From: Ylistrum balloti | Lineage: Eukaryota | Direction: 5' to 3' | Length of the DNA stretch: 64,000 bases | Assembly (NCBI RefSeq): GCF_031769215.1 | Contig: NW_026782690.1 | Coordinates: forward strand, 186,001 to 250,000 | Shown: one piece after another, positions 39,588 to 52,163 of the stretch | Layout of the letters: each line of letters opens with the position of its first letter | How positions within the stretch are numbered: position 1 is the first letter of the stretch | The notes under the pieces: generated by a model | Seen by the model: the letters and a program-made list of their open reading frames with translations, nothing else | The model's database searches: none | Told to the model about the DNA's origin: nothing | Translations under genes and position numbers: made by a program

Positions 39588-40690
39588 TCAGCGTGTATTT
39601 AGGGACGAGTGAAACAGTTTCACAAAGAAATCTTTGCAGCTGATTCGTTTTGATGTTGTAAATTCTGACATCTGATAAAACGGGTATAGCAAAATGTTAA
39701 CTTTGTCCAAATGTACACTCAGCAGGATATTATGTGGGATTTTTTTTTTTTTGCGGATCTGCTGTCTGTGGACTCGAACTCTTTCGGAAATTGCATTTCC
39801 TGTCTGTCTAATGTTGTTTCGAGACATGTTGGACAGGTAATGCAGTAAATCAGGTTTCTGTTTTTTACAATTTAAATCACTCCGCACTGGAAACCACATG
39901 GTCGCGCTGGTCGTTGATATAGAAATAAGCTCGGATTAGTATCTTGTTCAAGTTGTTGGGTTGCAATTTACTTTGAAGAATATCCGATGACTTAATGAGA
40001 TCGCGTAACTGTCTGCTCTTGTGTAATATGGCAATAGAATGATCGGAAACCATATTACGATGACCTGGGTTATGTGTCAAAACGAACGGTATGTCGGTTT
40101 TGTTAGCTTGTCCTACCTGGCGCGTTAAATTCTTTTTTAATCACCTGATTCAGATAGTGTTGTTTGCACAGAAATACTTGAAGTTCATTGAATCTTTCTT
40201 CTCTTTTCCTGCTATCTATAACAAGGACACATATCCGCCGTGCTAAACAAAATGGTATATTTCTTTTTGTGCGAGGCCGGTGACATGAATGGAAATCTAG
40301 ATATTGCTGTGTATCCGTGGATTTGTGGTAAATATCAGTCAAAATATTTTCTCCGCTTTTTTGTACCATTATATACAGAAACGCTGGTTCCGTTAAACTA
40401 TTTTCCATTGTGAATTTAATAGATGGATTGAGGTAATTGAGCATTTCTTCAAACATGGATAGGTCTGTGCTGGACTTTGTTCATATTATGATACAGTCAT
40501 CCAGATAACGTTTCCAGCATTCCTTTATGTACATACTAAAGGTGTCACCAAAGTTGTTTTTACTATCTCGCACAGTCGGTGTTCAAACCATTACTACGTT
40601 TGCATACGTCGGTGATACCTTTGTGCCCACTGCTGTTCCAAGTTTATGTATATAAAAACCGTCAAAATAAAATGCATTTTTAAAATATAG
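39588..40690 (-). mobile_element. Penelope-like retroelement relic (RT C-terminal half plus GIY-YIG endonuclease), 5'-truncated and frameshifted
   Basis: LGTAVGTKVSPTYANVVM, WKRYLDDCII, LNPSIKFTME, TDIYHKSTDTQQYLDFHSCH..TKRNIPFCLARRIC, then QTGNAISERVRVHRQQI..PFYQM. These are diagnostic PLE RT, linker and GIY-YIG motifs. Confidence 0.9.
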
Positions 40691-40741
40691 GTTATAGAGA
40701 TTCGACGATGAAGGTTTCGTTAAATCTTAGATGAACTGCTT

Positions 40742-40790
40742 ATGGGTGCCTGAAGATGGCCGCGAGGCCTGAAAACGTTAGCGAATCTAT
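40742..40790 (+). ncRNA. Hammerhead-ribozyme-like motif (probably degenerate) adjacent to the Penelope-like relic
   Basis: CTGAAGA (40750-40756), t, GGCC-GCGA-GGCC hairpin, t, GAAA (40771-40774), then palindromic ACGT and TA. Helix I pairing is weak. Confidence 0.4.
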
Positions 40791-42942
40791 TTACAATGTC
40801 AAGTGTTTGTATATATATATATACAGCAACAACAACGTTACGTGGTATCGCATTAACAAAGCCATATCTGAAAAATATTAAAAATATCAAAGTTCACATT
40901 ATTTATTCATTTCTGTGAAAAGAATGAGAAAATATATATACATCTTTATAAAACATACATACTAAGATATATTCTTAATCAATTGAAACATTCTTTTTGC
41001 TAACAGACAATCATGTTATCATATAATTCTTTTTATTTTTTTATTTTTTTTTTATTTTTTCAAAAATTTTACCTGGAACAGAATAAAGGAAGACATTCAT
41101 ACCCGTTACTCTCATATTTGTTGATCATTAAAGTTGCCATTATTCATCACATCATCACCATCTTCCTACTCATCACTGAACATGATATAAACATAATTAG
41201 TACATCAGCAACATCAACATGCATGTTTCGTCGTCCTCATTATCACACCATTCATCAACAGAAATGTTTGCACCAATAGCTAATATTTTTTCTAAAATTT
41301 ACACATACATAAACTCTTGCTTATTTTTTTCATTCATGCTGCAGAGAGAGAGAGGAAAGAGAGAGCGAGCGAGAGATATGAAAATAACTAATTTACAGCC
41401 TTCATATCGCCCAAAAAAAACAAAACAAAAACAAAAAAAAGTGGTAAGTCTTTAACAGGGTCATGTATACTTTTGAATAATATTTCAAGATAATACATAC
41501 CTTAAGTACATTAGACAGTATGTGTATGATAATAAGATTCATACTGAATCATACCGAATGCGTAATCTATATGACATAATTTTGAGAATACTGTTCTCAC
41601 CAAGAAATGGATTTGTGAAATTGTACTTTCGTATGGATAACATTATCGTCAATGTTTAGACAATAATGATTTAAAGAAACCGCAAGACAATTCTAGGAGG
41701 GTCATTAAGTATTTAATTATTTTAGAATTTGAACTTAAAAGAACAGTCAATATTACTAACATGGGCTATACCGATTTTACAGCGTGGCCACGTTGCCAAT
41801 CAACAATAACATATGGGATAAAACAGCACATTGTATACATTAGCACAAAGACAGACGGTTTAGAAACTACATCAATTTATGTAACGATCACATTAAGCTG
41901 ATATGGGAGAATGGTACTCTCCCGATTCAGCATCAGCTAATATAAGCATAACCTTTCCTCTGTAGTTTCAGCCTGACCCTATCAATAGAGTCTGACTGGC
42001 AGATATTGGAGTCATGTATACGTATGACGTGCACCAGTGGCCTTACGTTCCTAAAATAAGATTGACATTTGTAACTAATAAGACGCGATTTCCATAGAAG
42101 GTATTTACTGTAATTCACTAAAATTTCGCGAGATTGGTATGACGGGATTACATTTTCGTCAGGGACTAGCATAGAGGTATTGACGATGAAAAAAAAATGC
42201 AACTTTCATTACATCTGTGGGTTTTTTTTTAATTACTTCTATTCTATTCTGTAGTAGAATATAAAATTGATAAAAAAAAAATATTTCTTTTCTTAATGTA
42301 TTGCCCTAGTTTTATGGAATTTGAGTTTGGTTTAGAATTATGTTGTCATGTTGGTATTTTCTTGATTTGTTTTCCGTAATTATTCTTTATCTATGAATTA
42401 GTGTGTCAACAAAGCAATTCATTGTTGATTAAGTATAAAAGAAAGTCTTCAGTACTATCCATCCGCGAAATAAAATGACCATGAAATAAAGTTTATTTGA
42501 AAACCCAACAAAATTGAGTCCAACCGAGAAAAAACACCGTTTTGAACTCTCCCAAACGTTTCCGAAATAGAGTCCTTTCCATATCAAAATCAAACTATTA
42601 ATCCTCAAGAATTTGAGACCTTTGGTCAAGCAATCAGGCTTTGACAGCAAAGCAAACCCCAAGAAGATTATGACCCATTAGCACTCAAACCTCAGTAGGG
42701 GCCTCAAGCTTCGTGTTTCGTCATCGAAAACAGATGATATGACACTGTATACAAAATATGTTTTAATGTTAATCCTCATCTTATGTTATTTATATGTATT
42801 ATGCAACGCTGAAACGCGTTTTGCTTTATAAAACCACATAAAATTCATTGGAATAGTGACACGACTCACAAGCACTTCATAAAAATCACTTTACTTGATT
42901 TAAACACATTTCATTTGCAGTAGTGTATACAAAAAGATTGAG

Positions 42943-43204
42943 NNNNNNNNNNNNNNNNNNNNNNNNNNNNNNNNNNNNNNNNNNNNNNNNNNNNNNNNNN
43001 NNNNNNNNNNNNNNNNNNNNNNNNNNNNNNNNNNNNNNNNNNNNNNNNNNNNNNNNNNNNNNNNNNNNNNNNNNNNNNNNNNNNNNNNNNNNNNNNNNNN
43101 NNNNNNNNNNNNNNNNNNNNNNNNNNNNNNNNNNNNNNNNNNNNNNNNNNNNNNNNNNNNNNNNNNNNNNNNNNNNNNNNNNNNNNNNNNNNNNNNNNNN
43201 NNNN
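42943..43204. other. Assembly gap (262 N)
   Basis: Run of N. Confidence 1.
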
Positions 43205-44165
43205 TCCGAATGAAAGTAAAAAGGTAAGAGGATAAGTATCTGACCACGTTGATTTTCCCAGAGTATCCCAGTTTCCTTCCACAGTAAGTACCCTTGCTTG
43301 CGACCAACATTAATATAATTACTGGTAAAATAGGTGAGAATAAGTTGTTTCGTAATCGTTATAAAAGAAATGAAAGTTTATATTTAAACAGCGATTGTAT
43401 TTCCGATGTCAATAACTTTGGGAAATAACTAATGTTTGGCAGTTGTAACGTTTTAAACAGATTTTTATGACAAAAATGATGAAAGGTTACTGTACAAAAT
43501 ACATATTATAAATGTTACAAGGCTGTCTCTTGATAAATTGTTTGAAATGTTTTTTATACTTGTGTTCCTTGCTTATTTTAGATTCAAATGATGTATGATT
43601 TCGAGGTATTAAAATTGTCAATGTGATACACACACGATTAATGCTCAATTATATCATTATACATTAAAATATACAGATGTTGGAATTTTATGTTTTATGT
43701 TCAATTCAACTACACCTTTCGACAACAAAATAAGTTTTGTTGTATAATTTAAGTGATCGTAGCCTTGTTCGCATTAAATTTGCCCTGCCTTTTATTGTAA
43801 TATACAATCAAATCAAATTCCAGGAAAACAGAAACAGTAAAGATTGCTTTTATTTTGATACATTCATCAACGATTACATCTAGAAAATATATAGCGAAAA
43901 CTGTACAGCAATACATAATGATTAGCAAGATACATGAAGTCACAACTTTGCTTCTTTTCACAATTTAAAAAAAAAATAGTCCGTTCTGAAGATAATTTGA
44001 TATATGCATAAATTAATAACACAGTAGAGTCCGTTTCTATCAAGATATATTAACAAACACGTGTAATAATGATTTCGTCAATATAAGTATTATTGAAACC
44101 TAATATTCTGAGATATCAGCAACATTTCCCAGTCAGGCGTCGACAGGTTTCCTAACCGTGGTAAT

Positions 44166-45606
44166 CTAAGCGCACTCTCTTCGACAGTCGCGATGAGACT
44201 TGAACCTGTTCTTATTCCCACCACATCCACGATAGTTGAAAGACTTGCATGAATTTGTAGACTTATCATAGTAAACGCGTTCCACAGGTCCACGTGGGCA
44301 ATGGTGACCATGATCAACCGGTAGTTTACAGTCTGAAATATGATAAAGAAGTGAGTTTACGGACATCCCTTGCTTTCTCTCCTGGCACCAGTTCTGCTAA
44401 GGACATAGTACAAAATATGAGAATATAAAGATATATGAAAATGTACGCACGATGTTTTCGTCTCGTAACACGCAAGCGTTATTTACCCGTTTCTACCGTC
44501 ATAATACACTTTTAAAAAGGGGTGTGAGTGTATGGCTTTATCTGATGTATTTTCAAAGTTCAAACGTAAAAAGTTGACCTTCAATTAATATACATATTGT
44601 AATTTTGTCATCAAGATACCTGATTGAAACTGATGCCGTTTACAAAACTTTTTTTTAAAAATTCAGATATGACAAAGGATCGGCATAAATACATAAGGGA
44701 GGTTAAGATTTCTAGTTAATATAGATATCACTTTCCTATTATTAATGAAACTTTATATGGCAGTCATTAGATAGAGTACTGAAAACAGCACACATAGATC
44801 TGAAAATGAAGAAAGAAAATGAACCTACTATAAATCCCTTAGATTTTGCGAATACTTTATTCCACATTTGCAGACATTTTTTAAATGATTCATATGATTA
44901 CATATACTAAATACCGTTGCCTTTTAGTAATATAATTGGAAATCTTTTAAATATGCCTTGGAAGCAATAATATTGATTTTCGAATCATACTAGTTATTGT
45001 CCATTTATATTTTTCTAATGTGTCCCCTTCAAAAGATCCGGGGTTTTTTCGTCAAATATGAATATTGGAAAATATAATTTAACATATTTCACTTCAGCTA
45101 AGAACGTTAACTCCTGAATCATATTTGTTAGTTATGTGTTGTTTGTACAAATAATGAGAAAAAGAGCACTTTACGGCATGATAATATACTTTTGTGGATA
45201 CAATGCCGAATATAATCCCTAACCGTGCAGCAACAGTAACATGAAAGAACAAGCAAGTCGTTCCGAGGGGTAATCACGAATTCAGATAACCACCAGTTAA
45301 GCAGCTCTTCAACTTTTTCGAGTCTCTTGCTTATAAGTCAGCTGTTTGGAATTATGAAGGATAACGAGATATATTTCAAGTTACTACATATTTAGTTTTC
45401 CTGTAAAATAGCATGGTTTATATAATGCATCTAGTTACCATCAGTTTGTTTCAGATTTCCAGTTCTATTTTGCATGCAAAAACACATCATTTACATTCGT
45501 CGAAATTTTGTAATATTTAAAAAGAGTACTTACGTGCTGGACGTCTGCCTGCCGTCATCCCTACGATAACGAGCAATACAACGGCGACTATGAGAGTTGT
45601 CTTCAT
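44166..45606 (-). CDS. Secreted single-domain Kunitz/BPTI protein, atypical loop, 79 aa
   Basis: Exon 1 45606-45534 (MKTTLIVAVVLLVIVGMTAGRRPA, signal peptide, donor gtaagt, phase 1); exon 2 44332-44166 (acceptor tttcag). Six Cys plus FNYRGCGGNKNRF. Confidence 0.9.
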
Positions 45607-46831
45607 TTTGAAAATATTCAAACTGTAACAGATACATTCACTTCATATATAAAAAAACCTATTCATATGATTACATCTTATCCGTGTCTAGCTTTGTAAG
45701 TAGCATATTTGATAATATGTTGTGTATTTAGATAATGAATGTGATTTCAAGCACTATAAAAAACTGATATTACACTTTCCCAATAAATGTCTGTTGATCA
45801 ATATGTTGAATTAAGTTATATTACAATCTTTTGAAAAGAACAACTATAAATTACGATAACGCCTTACCTGCCAATTCAGTTATTCCAAACTGCATGAATC
45901 GGTAGCCTTCTATTAATATACCTTCAACGAGAGAACGAAATTAATTACTAGTAAAGCCTCCAGTCAAGAACACGTCAGTTCTGACAGCACATTATGTTGG
46001 TTAATTTACAATATGTATCTTAATTATATATCTTAATCATGGCATTGACCGAAACATTCCCAAGTTCAAGGACTTTTAGTGAGTCAATAAGTGCAGCTGT
46101 TGTTATTAGTGATACTAATGCTATGATTATGATACTACCCATTGATCATTCTGTTATCCTGTTATGTGACAGGCGTTTCTACTTGCTTGTAGCTTTATAC
46201 CATAAACAAATTTTAAAACAAACTGGTGATGTACGGGGAAAATGTGCTAATTTGTTTATCAATAGGCAGGGAATACAAAACATATACCCTTTGTTTGTAA
46301 AGTATTGACAATATATATGATTAAATGCATATTCTAATTTTCGCTCCGTTACTGACCGCATCGGATCCTAACCAGAGAAAAACGGAATGAGACTTTTTAT
46401 CAGATTTGAGCGACGACAATAGTAGAGATTGTGACTTATTATATACCATTTGTTATCTAACTACACCGAAATACAATGATGATATCAGATTGTAATTAAT
46501 ATAATGATGCTATTGTCTTTTCTTAAGCAAATTAAATTCAAAAACAACTTCAATTTTAGAGAAGTGTCAAAAGAAGAGGAAACGCACTATTTTCGGTCCG
46601 TCAACTTATACAAGGTCATTAGGGCCATGAACAGGTGATAGACACATCGGTCCAGAAATGATAACATCAAACGAACCAAAAGGTAAAATACAGATGCTGA
46701 AAATCTTAAATGGTTATATTATTATTAAATATTTAAAAAGTAAGTCATATTCTATATTAAAGACCAAAAATCTTTCAGATAACCTTGAATATTATCAATC
46801 TAACAGTTTCAAAAAGGGTCTTTAGACTTGT

Positions 46832-47390
46832 AACGTTACGATAAATAAAACCCTAGCGTATACAAAAAAGGTCAATGCAATTCTATAAAAATGTTGAACG
46901 ATGAATGGTTCATCGCATGCTATGCACCGAGGATTATCTTATCTTCGCCTTTCAACATATATGAATGTGTAAGATAAGTATGGGTCATCCAAAGACGGGC
47001 AAGGACAACGTTACGATAAAAAATCCTCGAGTTATACAACAAAGGTCAATACAGTCCTATAAAAATGTTTAACGGTGAATGGCTCATCACATGCTATGCA
47101 CCGAGGATTATCTTATCTTCGCCTTTCAACATATATGAATGTGTAAGACAAGTGTGGGTCATCCAAAGACGGATAAAGGACAACATCGTCTCGATGGTTG
47201 TTCTTATAGCATGGAGACCATCCACCGATAAAAGGTTTTACGGAATGTAATTTATTATCGGTATATTGATTCCATGCCTCCTACCACTGAGCTGTTATTA
47301 ATTGTTTGATAAATGGTTTAAATCAATAAAATAAAGTTTGAAAACAACAGGTGGTTGCAATAAAGCTGCTTTGCGGCAGGATCTGATTTT
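46832..47390 (-). mobile_element. I-clade LINE 3' relic with a ~175-bp tandem duplication of its zinc-knuckle end
   Basis: Homologous to 33040-33355. Units 46832-47006 and 47007-47182 both contain the PRCIACDEPF..KH..DC coding relic. Confidence 0.8.
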
Positions 47391-49133
47391 TTTGATAAAT
47401 CCAAAATTCTTTATATAATTTAGACAATAAATGCAATATTCTGATAGCAAATTAATATGGTAATGGAGAGTTATACATATCAAAGACTATTGTAAAATGA
47501 TGTTGTCTAAGTAAAAAAAATTTTTTTTTTTTATACTTGATAAATGTTTGCCCTCAGTCTGTTATCCTAATTATCACTATATCTTGGGAATTATTGAATG
47601 AACCTTTCTCTTTTTCTCATATATACATCTAGATGTCCCTTTCTCCCTAGTTGTATCTTTTCATATTTGGTGATTAGAGAAACGAAATGGCTGACAGGCA
47701 ATCATCTAGGATTTTGACAATGAAGTTTGTTATCACTGACCTCTCCAAAGTGCATTAATGAACTTTCTCAAATTTCGAATGTAGGTTCCCCTGGGTCTGA
47801 ACAGATGTTCTTTATAATTTGGGTCTAATCAGAAAAATAAAATGGCAACAGGAATTCATATAAAGATTGTTATTGTTTTTTCTTTCAAGTAATTAAGAGG
47901 AGAAAACGGGAGAGAGCAGAAAACATTGAAAAGTTCAAATTTATAAAGAACGAATAAAGATCACTCGAAGGTTGGTGCAAACAATTACTCTGGAATCACT
48001 TATTCAGTGCGCTTCGTACAAAATAACATATATTGTCATGCTTAGAGTAATATTTATATTTATATAGTGTCAATGTATGTACTTTTCCAGTTGAATGTAC
48101 TAATCTAGGAAATTCGCATGTACACATTCAATATAAAATACGTATATTATGATATTCACAAAATAAACATGTTCTTAAAAGTACCATCTAATATATTTTT
48201 CTACTAAGACAAGTCGTACCGGGAATGATGTGATAAAGTAAAATATTTTACAAAAATAATAGGTACATGATAAAACACTGAAAACTGTACACAATATTAG
48301 AGTATCTACCTTCTACAATAATTTTATATAAACGGTTTTCATTTGATTATAAAAAATATATACAATTTTACGATTTACAGGTTGTAGGATAAAGATGACC
48401 AGTTTCTGTAAACTGATGAAACGTTTATAGCACATTTGGACTCGAAAACTTCTAAGGCGAAAGATATAGGTACAGGATATACAAGGTATTTTTTTGAAAA
48501 AAGGAGTTTTATGCATGGATTGAAATATCAGAATCAGCAAATTTAAAGTCATAAAATAATCTTTTAAAATTTCTAGTACCGTATAATTCATCCATTGCTA
48601 TTGCAAACATATCCATCTTCATGGTTGATAGGTACTTAAAGGAAATAATACATATGTGTGATATTTGAAAAATGATAATGAAAAACTTTAAGTAAAAATT
48701 CAATATTGAGTCAATGAATTTTCTAAAATATTTGAATCCTTTACAGAACTTTAAGAACACAATAAAACAATATCAGAACCTGATCCAACACTTCATAGGT
48801 ATATTTTCCACTGAATGTATCAGACTGAGTTTGCTTCTTTAAAAAATGTGCAGATATGTATACAATACATAACAGACCTAAATTTCAAAATACTGCAGAA
48901 AGGACATATTTGTATTACTGATTCCAAATCTATGTAAAAACCAAATTTCAGTGGTTTTAATGTAGAACACAACTTAAAATCTTACTAGTAAATCTATAAA
49001 TCGATATCTTAAGACTGCATATGCTAAATCATGAGATAAATTTAATTTTTTATGAAATTGAAACAGTAAGAAAATTGGGACTTTTTTCAAATGACGCATA
49101 ATGAAATAATTATTGACACAACTTATTTAGCCA

Positions 49134-49136
<3 letters not shown>

Positions 49137-49166
<30 letters not shown>
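49137..49166. repeat. (AT)n microsatellite; others at ~18684-18706 and ~54233-54265
   Basis: Directly visible. Confidence 0.9.
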
Positions 49167-49169
<3 letters not shown>

Positions 49170-50747
49170 TTTGATACATCTTAATATGTTATACAATACA
49201 TTTCATATACAATTCCTTTAGACAAAAAGATAGCTTAAATCAAAATTAATATAAAACAATTTGTGTTAATGCGCTATTATATTGAGAAAACTTCATTTTT
49301 AAATAACATAATGTGGATGAATTTAACATCACATGGACAATCTTGGAAAACATGTCATAAATGCTACTACAGTCAAACATTTTTCTTTACTAAATGAACA
49401 TTGGAAACAACTTTTAAAAAAGTTAAGATTAATTGAGTTCACGAAATCAGCACAAAATTATTGATGAACAATATTATTTTATGTAAAGTTAAATATTGGT
49501 ATAGACATAGAGGCTTATACCTACGTCCATTATGTATCCTAATGATAATTACCATCCTCATAATTAAAAATATACATATCAGTAATTATATTTCACAATA
49601 AGACTAGCTCCGACCTGATAGTACAAAAATGACAGTATTTAACTTTAACAAAGTTTAGAAACTTTGTTTCGTAGTCCGAGGTTCGTTAGTGGTGTAAAAA
49701 TCCGACTTTAATAAAGGTTCAGCTTTTCATTTTCATAATCTTACTGATATATACATCCAAAATTGATATTGAACCATATTCAAATATATACAAAGAACAT
49801 TTTGGTATTTATAATGCGGTAGAGATTATAATTGCCCGTCTCCACTTTTGGAAACACAAACAGAACCAGCGATAATGTATTTAGATAAGAGGCAGTACGA
49901 TGTTTTCATTAAACGAAGAGAGATCCAAAATTCCATGTCTAAGTATACAAATTACCACCGTGACAAAGGTGACGTCATCAATCACTGACATCCTGAAGAG
50001 ATCAGACAGAATGATTTGAAAATTTCTTTTTATGAAACCTCGACTTACGAAGACGGAAAATCTCAGGATCAATGTCGTAAAACAGTTTTATTTACATTGT
50101 TACTTTACAAATACTATTAAGTTTTCAAAATAATAAACATATGTATCAAAACTGTCATTAGCCTCTCTATGAAAAAAATGATGAGTGCGCTTGCGCGCAG
50201 GAAGCATCATCTGTCAAATAATTCAACAACTAAATGCGTTGACCGCTGGTATCCTTGCATTCCGTTACCGCTATTACAATATCCTGAAGGACTTGTCAAC
50301 ATTTGATGGTAATCGGTTGACCAGATGATGCGTACATTGTTTATAATGTGTGAACATGACAGTTGATGTGTTGGGGGCATTTAGTTAGATGATTATAACT
50401 AGGATCATTGTAGTGTATCTACATTTGCATATCACAGTCGACGTACAGGAAGTGCTGGTGAGCATATATGATACGCCTTTCGGATATTAAATTATGATAC
50501 TTTTTCCATTAGGTTTAAAAAATATCTTTTTCAAATCAACAAGTAATTGTGACAAAATATTCCTCTATATACCTACCTGATAACATCGTTGTATAAGAAA
50601 TGTTTCAATTGTCTTAGACTATATCGTAGAATGTGTTTTGTAAAGATGTTGGTATTTCTCATTTTTCTTACAAACATGAATAAATCATCTTTATTTTTAT
50701 CTTTTAGTATTTTTAGATATTACTGCTTTGTTCACTCCAATACCACA

Positions 50748-52163
50748 ATGGCATTCCTGCTGTTATCAAGCTTAGTGTATTTTGCTCTTCTCTGTACAGC
50801 CATGGGAAAAGATAAACCAGACGGTAAGTTAACAAAGGAATCGCACCATAAATTTACATGAAATGACAACGAAACAAGGATGAAACACGGATGAGGAGCC
50901 CTAACGATTGTCCCGAACACTTAACACTGTTATAATACATATCAATTAGATAACATGTATATAATAATACTAAATTTCATGTTAATGATTTTATTCAACT
51001 GTTCGGAATACATCTTGACTAAATCTGATTGTCTGAGAACAGGAGGACATTGTACAAAGTTTAATTGCTAAAACATACGCTATGGAGTACCACTTCAAAA
51101 TCGTCAGCTTAAGGCATGCCATTTCGTTAGCAACGAAGTTTGAAATATTCGGATGTATCAGTCTATAGTTCAATACTTTAATAACGCCATATAGCAAACT
51201 ACTATCGAATTATTTATGGGTTTGTTTCACCATAATGCTAATAATTATCTTTATTTTCCGATGATAAGTATATGTAAAGCCAAATACATACCTAACACAT
51301 GGTCCTATTATAAATAAAACATACATAAAAAAAGGGTTAGTAAAAACAACATATATGGGGAAAGATGATAACACATACATATCAAATGTAAAATACACAT
51401 GCATACATTTTAAACTATTTGAGAGAGATGGTTAGTTAAAAGCAGTATCTGGGAAATGGTCTAAAATTTTAGAAAATGTTTTCTTTTAAGAGGTAAAACA
51501 GTAGATCTCTTAAAATTCATGAGGTATAACATTCCAATATTTGATACTCGATATAAAATAGTGGTTTGAGTAAAAAGTAGTTTTGTGTTTGGGACTAAAA
51601 TGTCAATATCACAGGTATATCTTGTAACTCTATATGACTACTTCTAAAAACACTTTTCTTGATCAGTAGTCTGAATGAAAACATGAAAAAATCATACATA
51701 GCCTTCTAAAATCAAAATATTCATCGATAGGCAACCGCCATTAAATTTAAAGATGACTTTGGAAGGCGTATCTGATGGTACATTAAGAATCACTCAGGCT
51801 GCTTGTTTCTTAGCCTTCAAGTGCTTAAGCATTAAATTGAACCAGAACAACCTAACCACACAGTACTACATTATACAAACTGTTGCAAAATAACAAGCCT
51901 GCAAAACAACTGAGTTCTCTTTACATGTGTAGATATGGATTTATAATACCCATATCATCTGCTAATATTATAATTTGTTCCTTCCTCCTGCAATTTCAGA
52001 CTGTGTTTTGCCTCCCGTCACCGGTATGTGTATGGCGTACTTCACCAGGTATCATTACGACCCGTTCACTGACACATGTAAACAATTTGTGTTCGGTGGA
52101 TGTCAGGCCAACGCTAACAACTTCGAGACCAAAGAAGATTGTGAAAGTCTCTGTTTAGATTAA
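50748..52163 (+). CDS. Secreted single-domain Kunitz/BPTI protease inhibitor, P1 = Met, 79 aa
   Basis: Exon 1 50748-50823 (MAFLLLSSLVYFALLCTAMGKDKPD, donor gtaagt, phase 1); exon 2 52000-52163 with canonical spacing CVLPPVTGMCMAY...C..FVFGGCQANANNFETKEDCESLC; AATAAA just after the stop. Confidence 0.93.

Noticed and set aside
42430-42830. Possible second GIY-YIG/Penelope end before the gap
   Set aside because: Only vague similarity; no complete catalytic or hammerhead motif.
42900-43310. ORFs spanning the N run
   Set aside because: Artefacts of translating the assembly gap.
43749-43961. Minus ORF with a signal-peptide-like start and a YYNKRQGK string reminiscent of Kunitz
   Set aside because: Starts at GTG, lacks the Kunitz cysteine pattern and splice signals, and lies in AT-rich sequence just downstream of the real gene.
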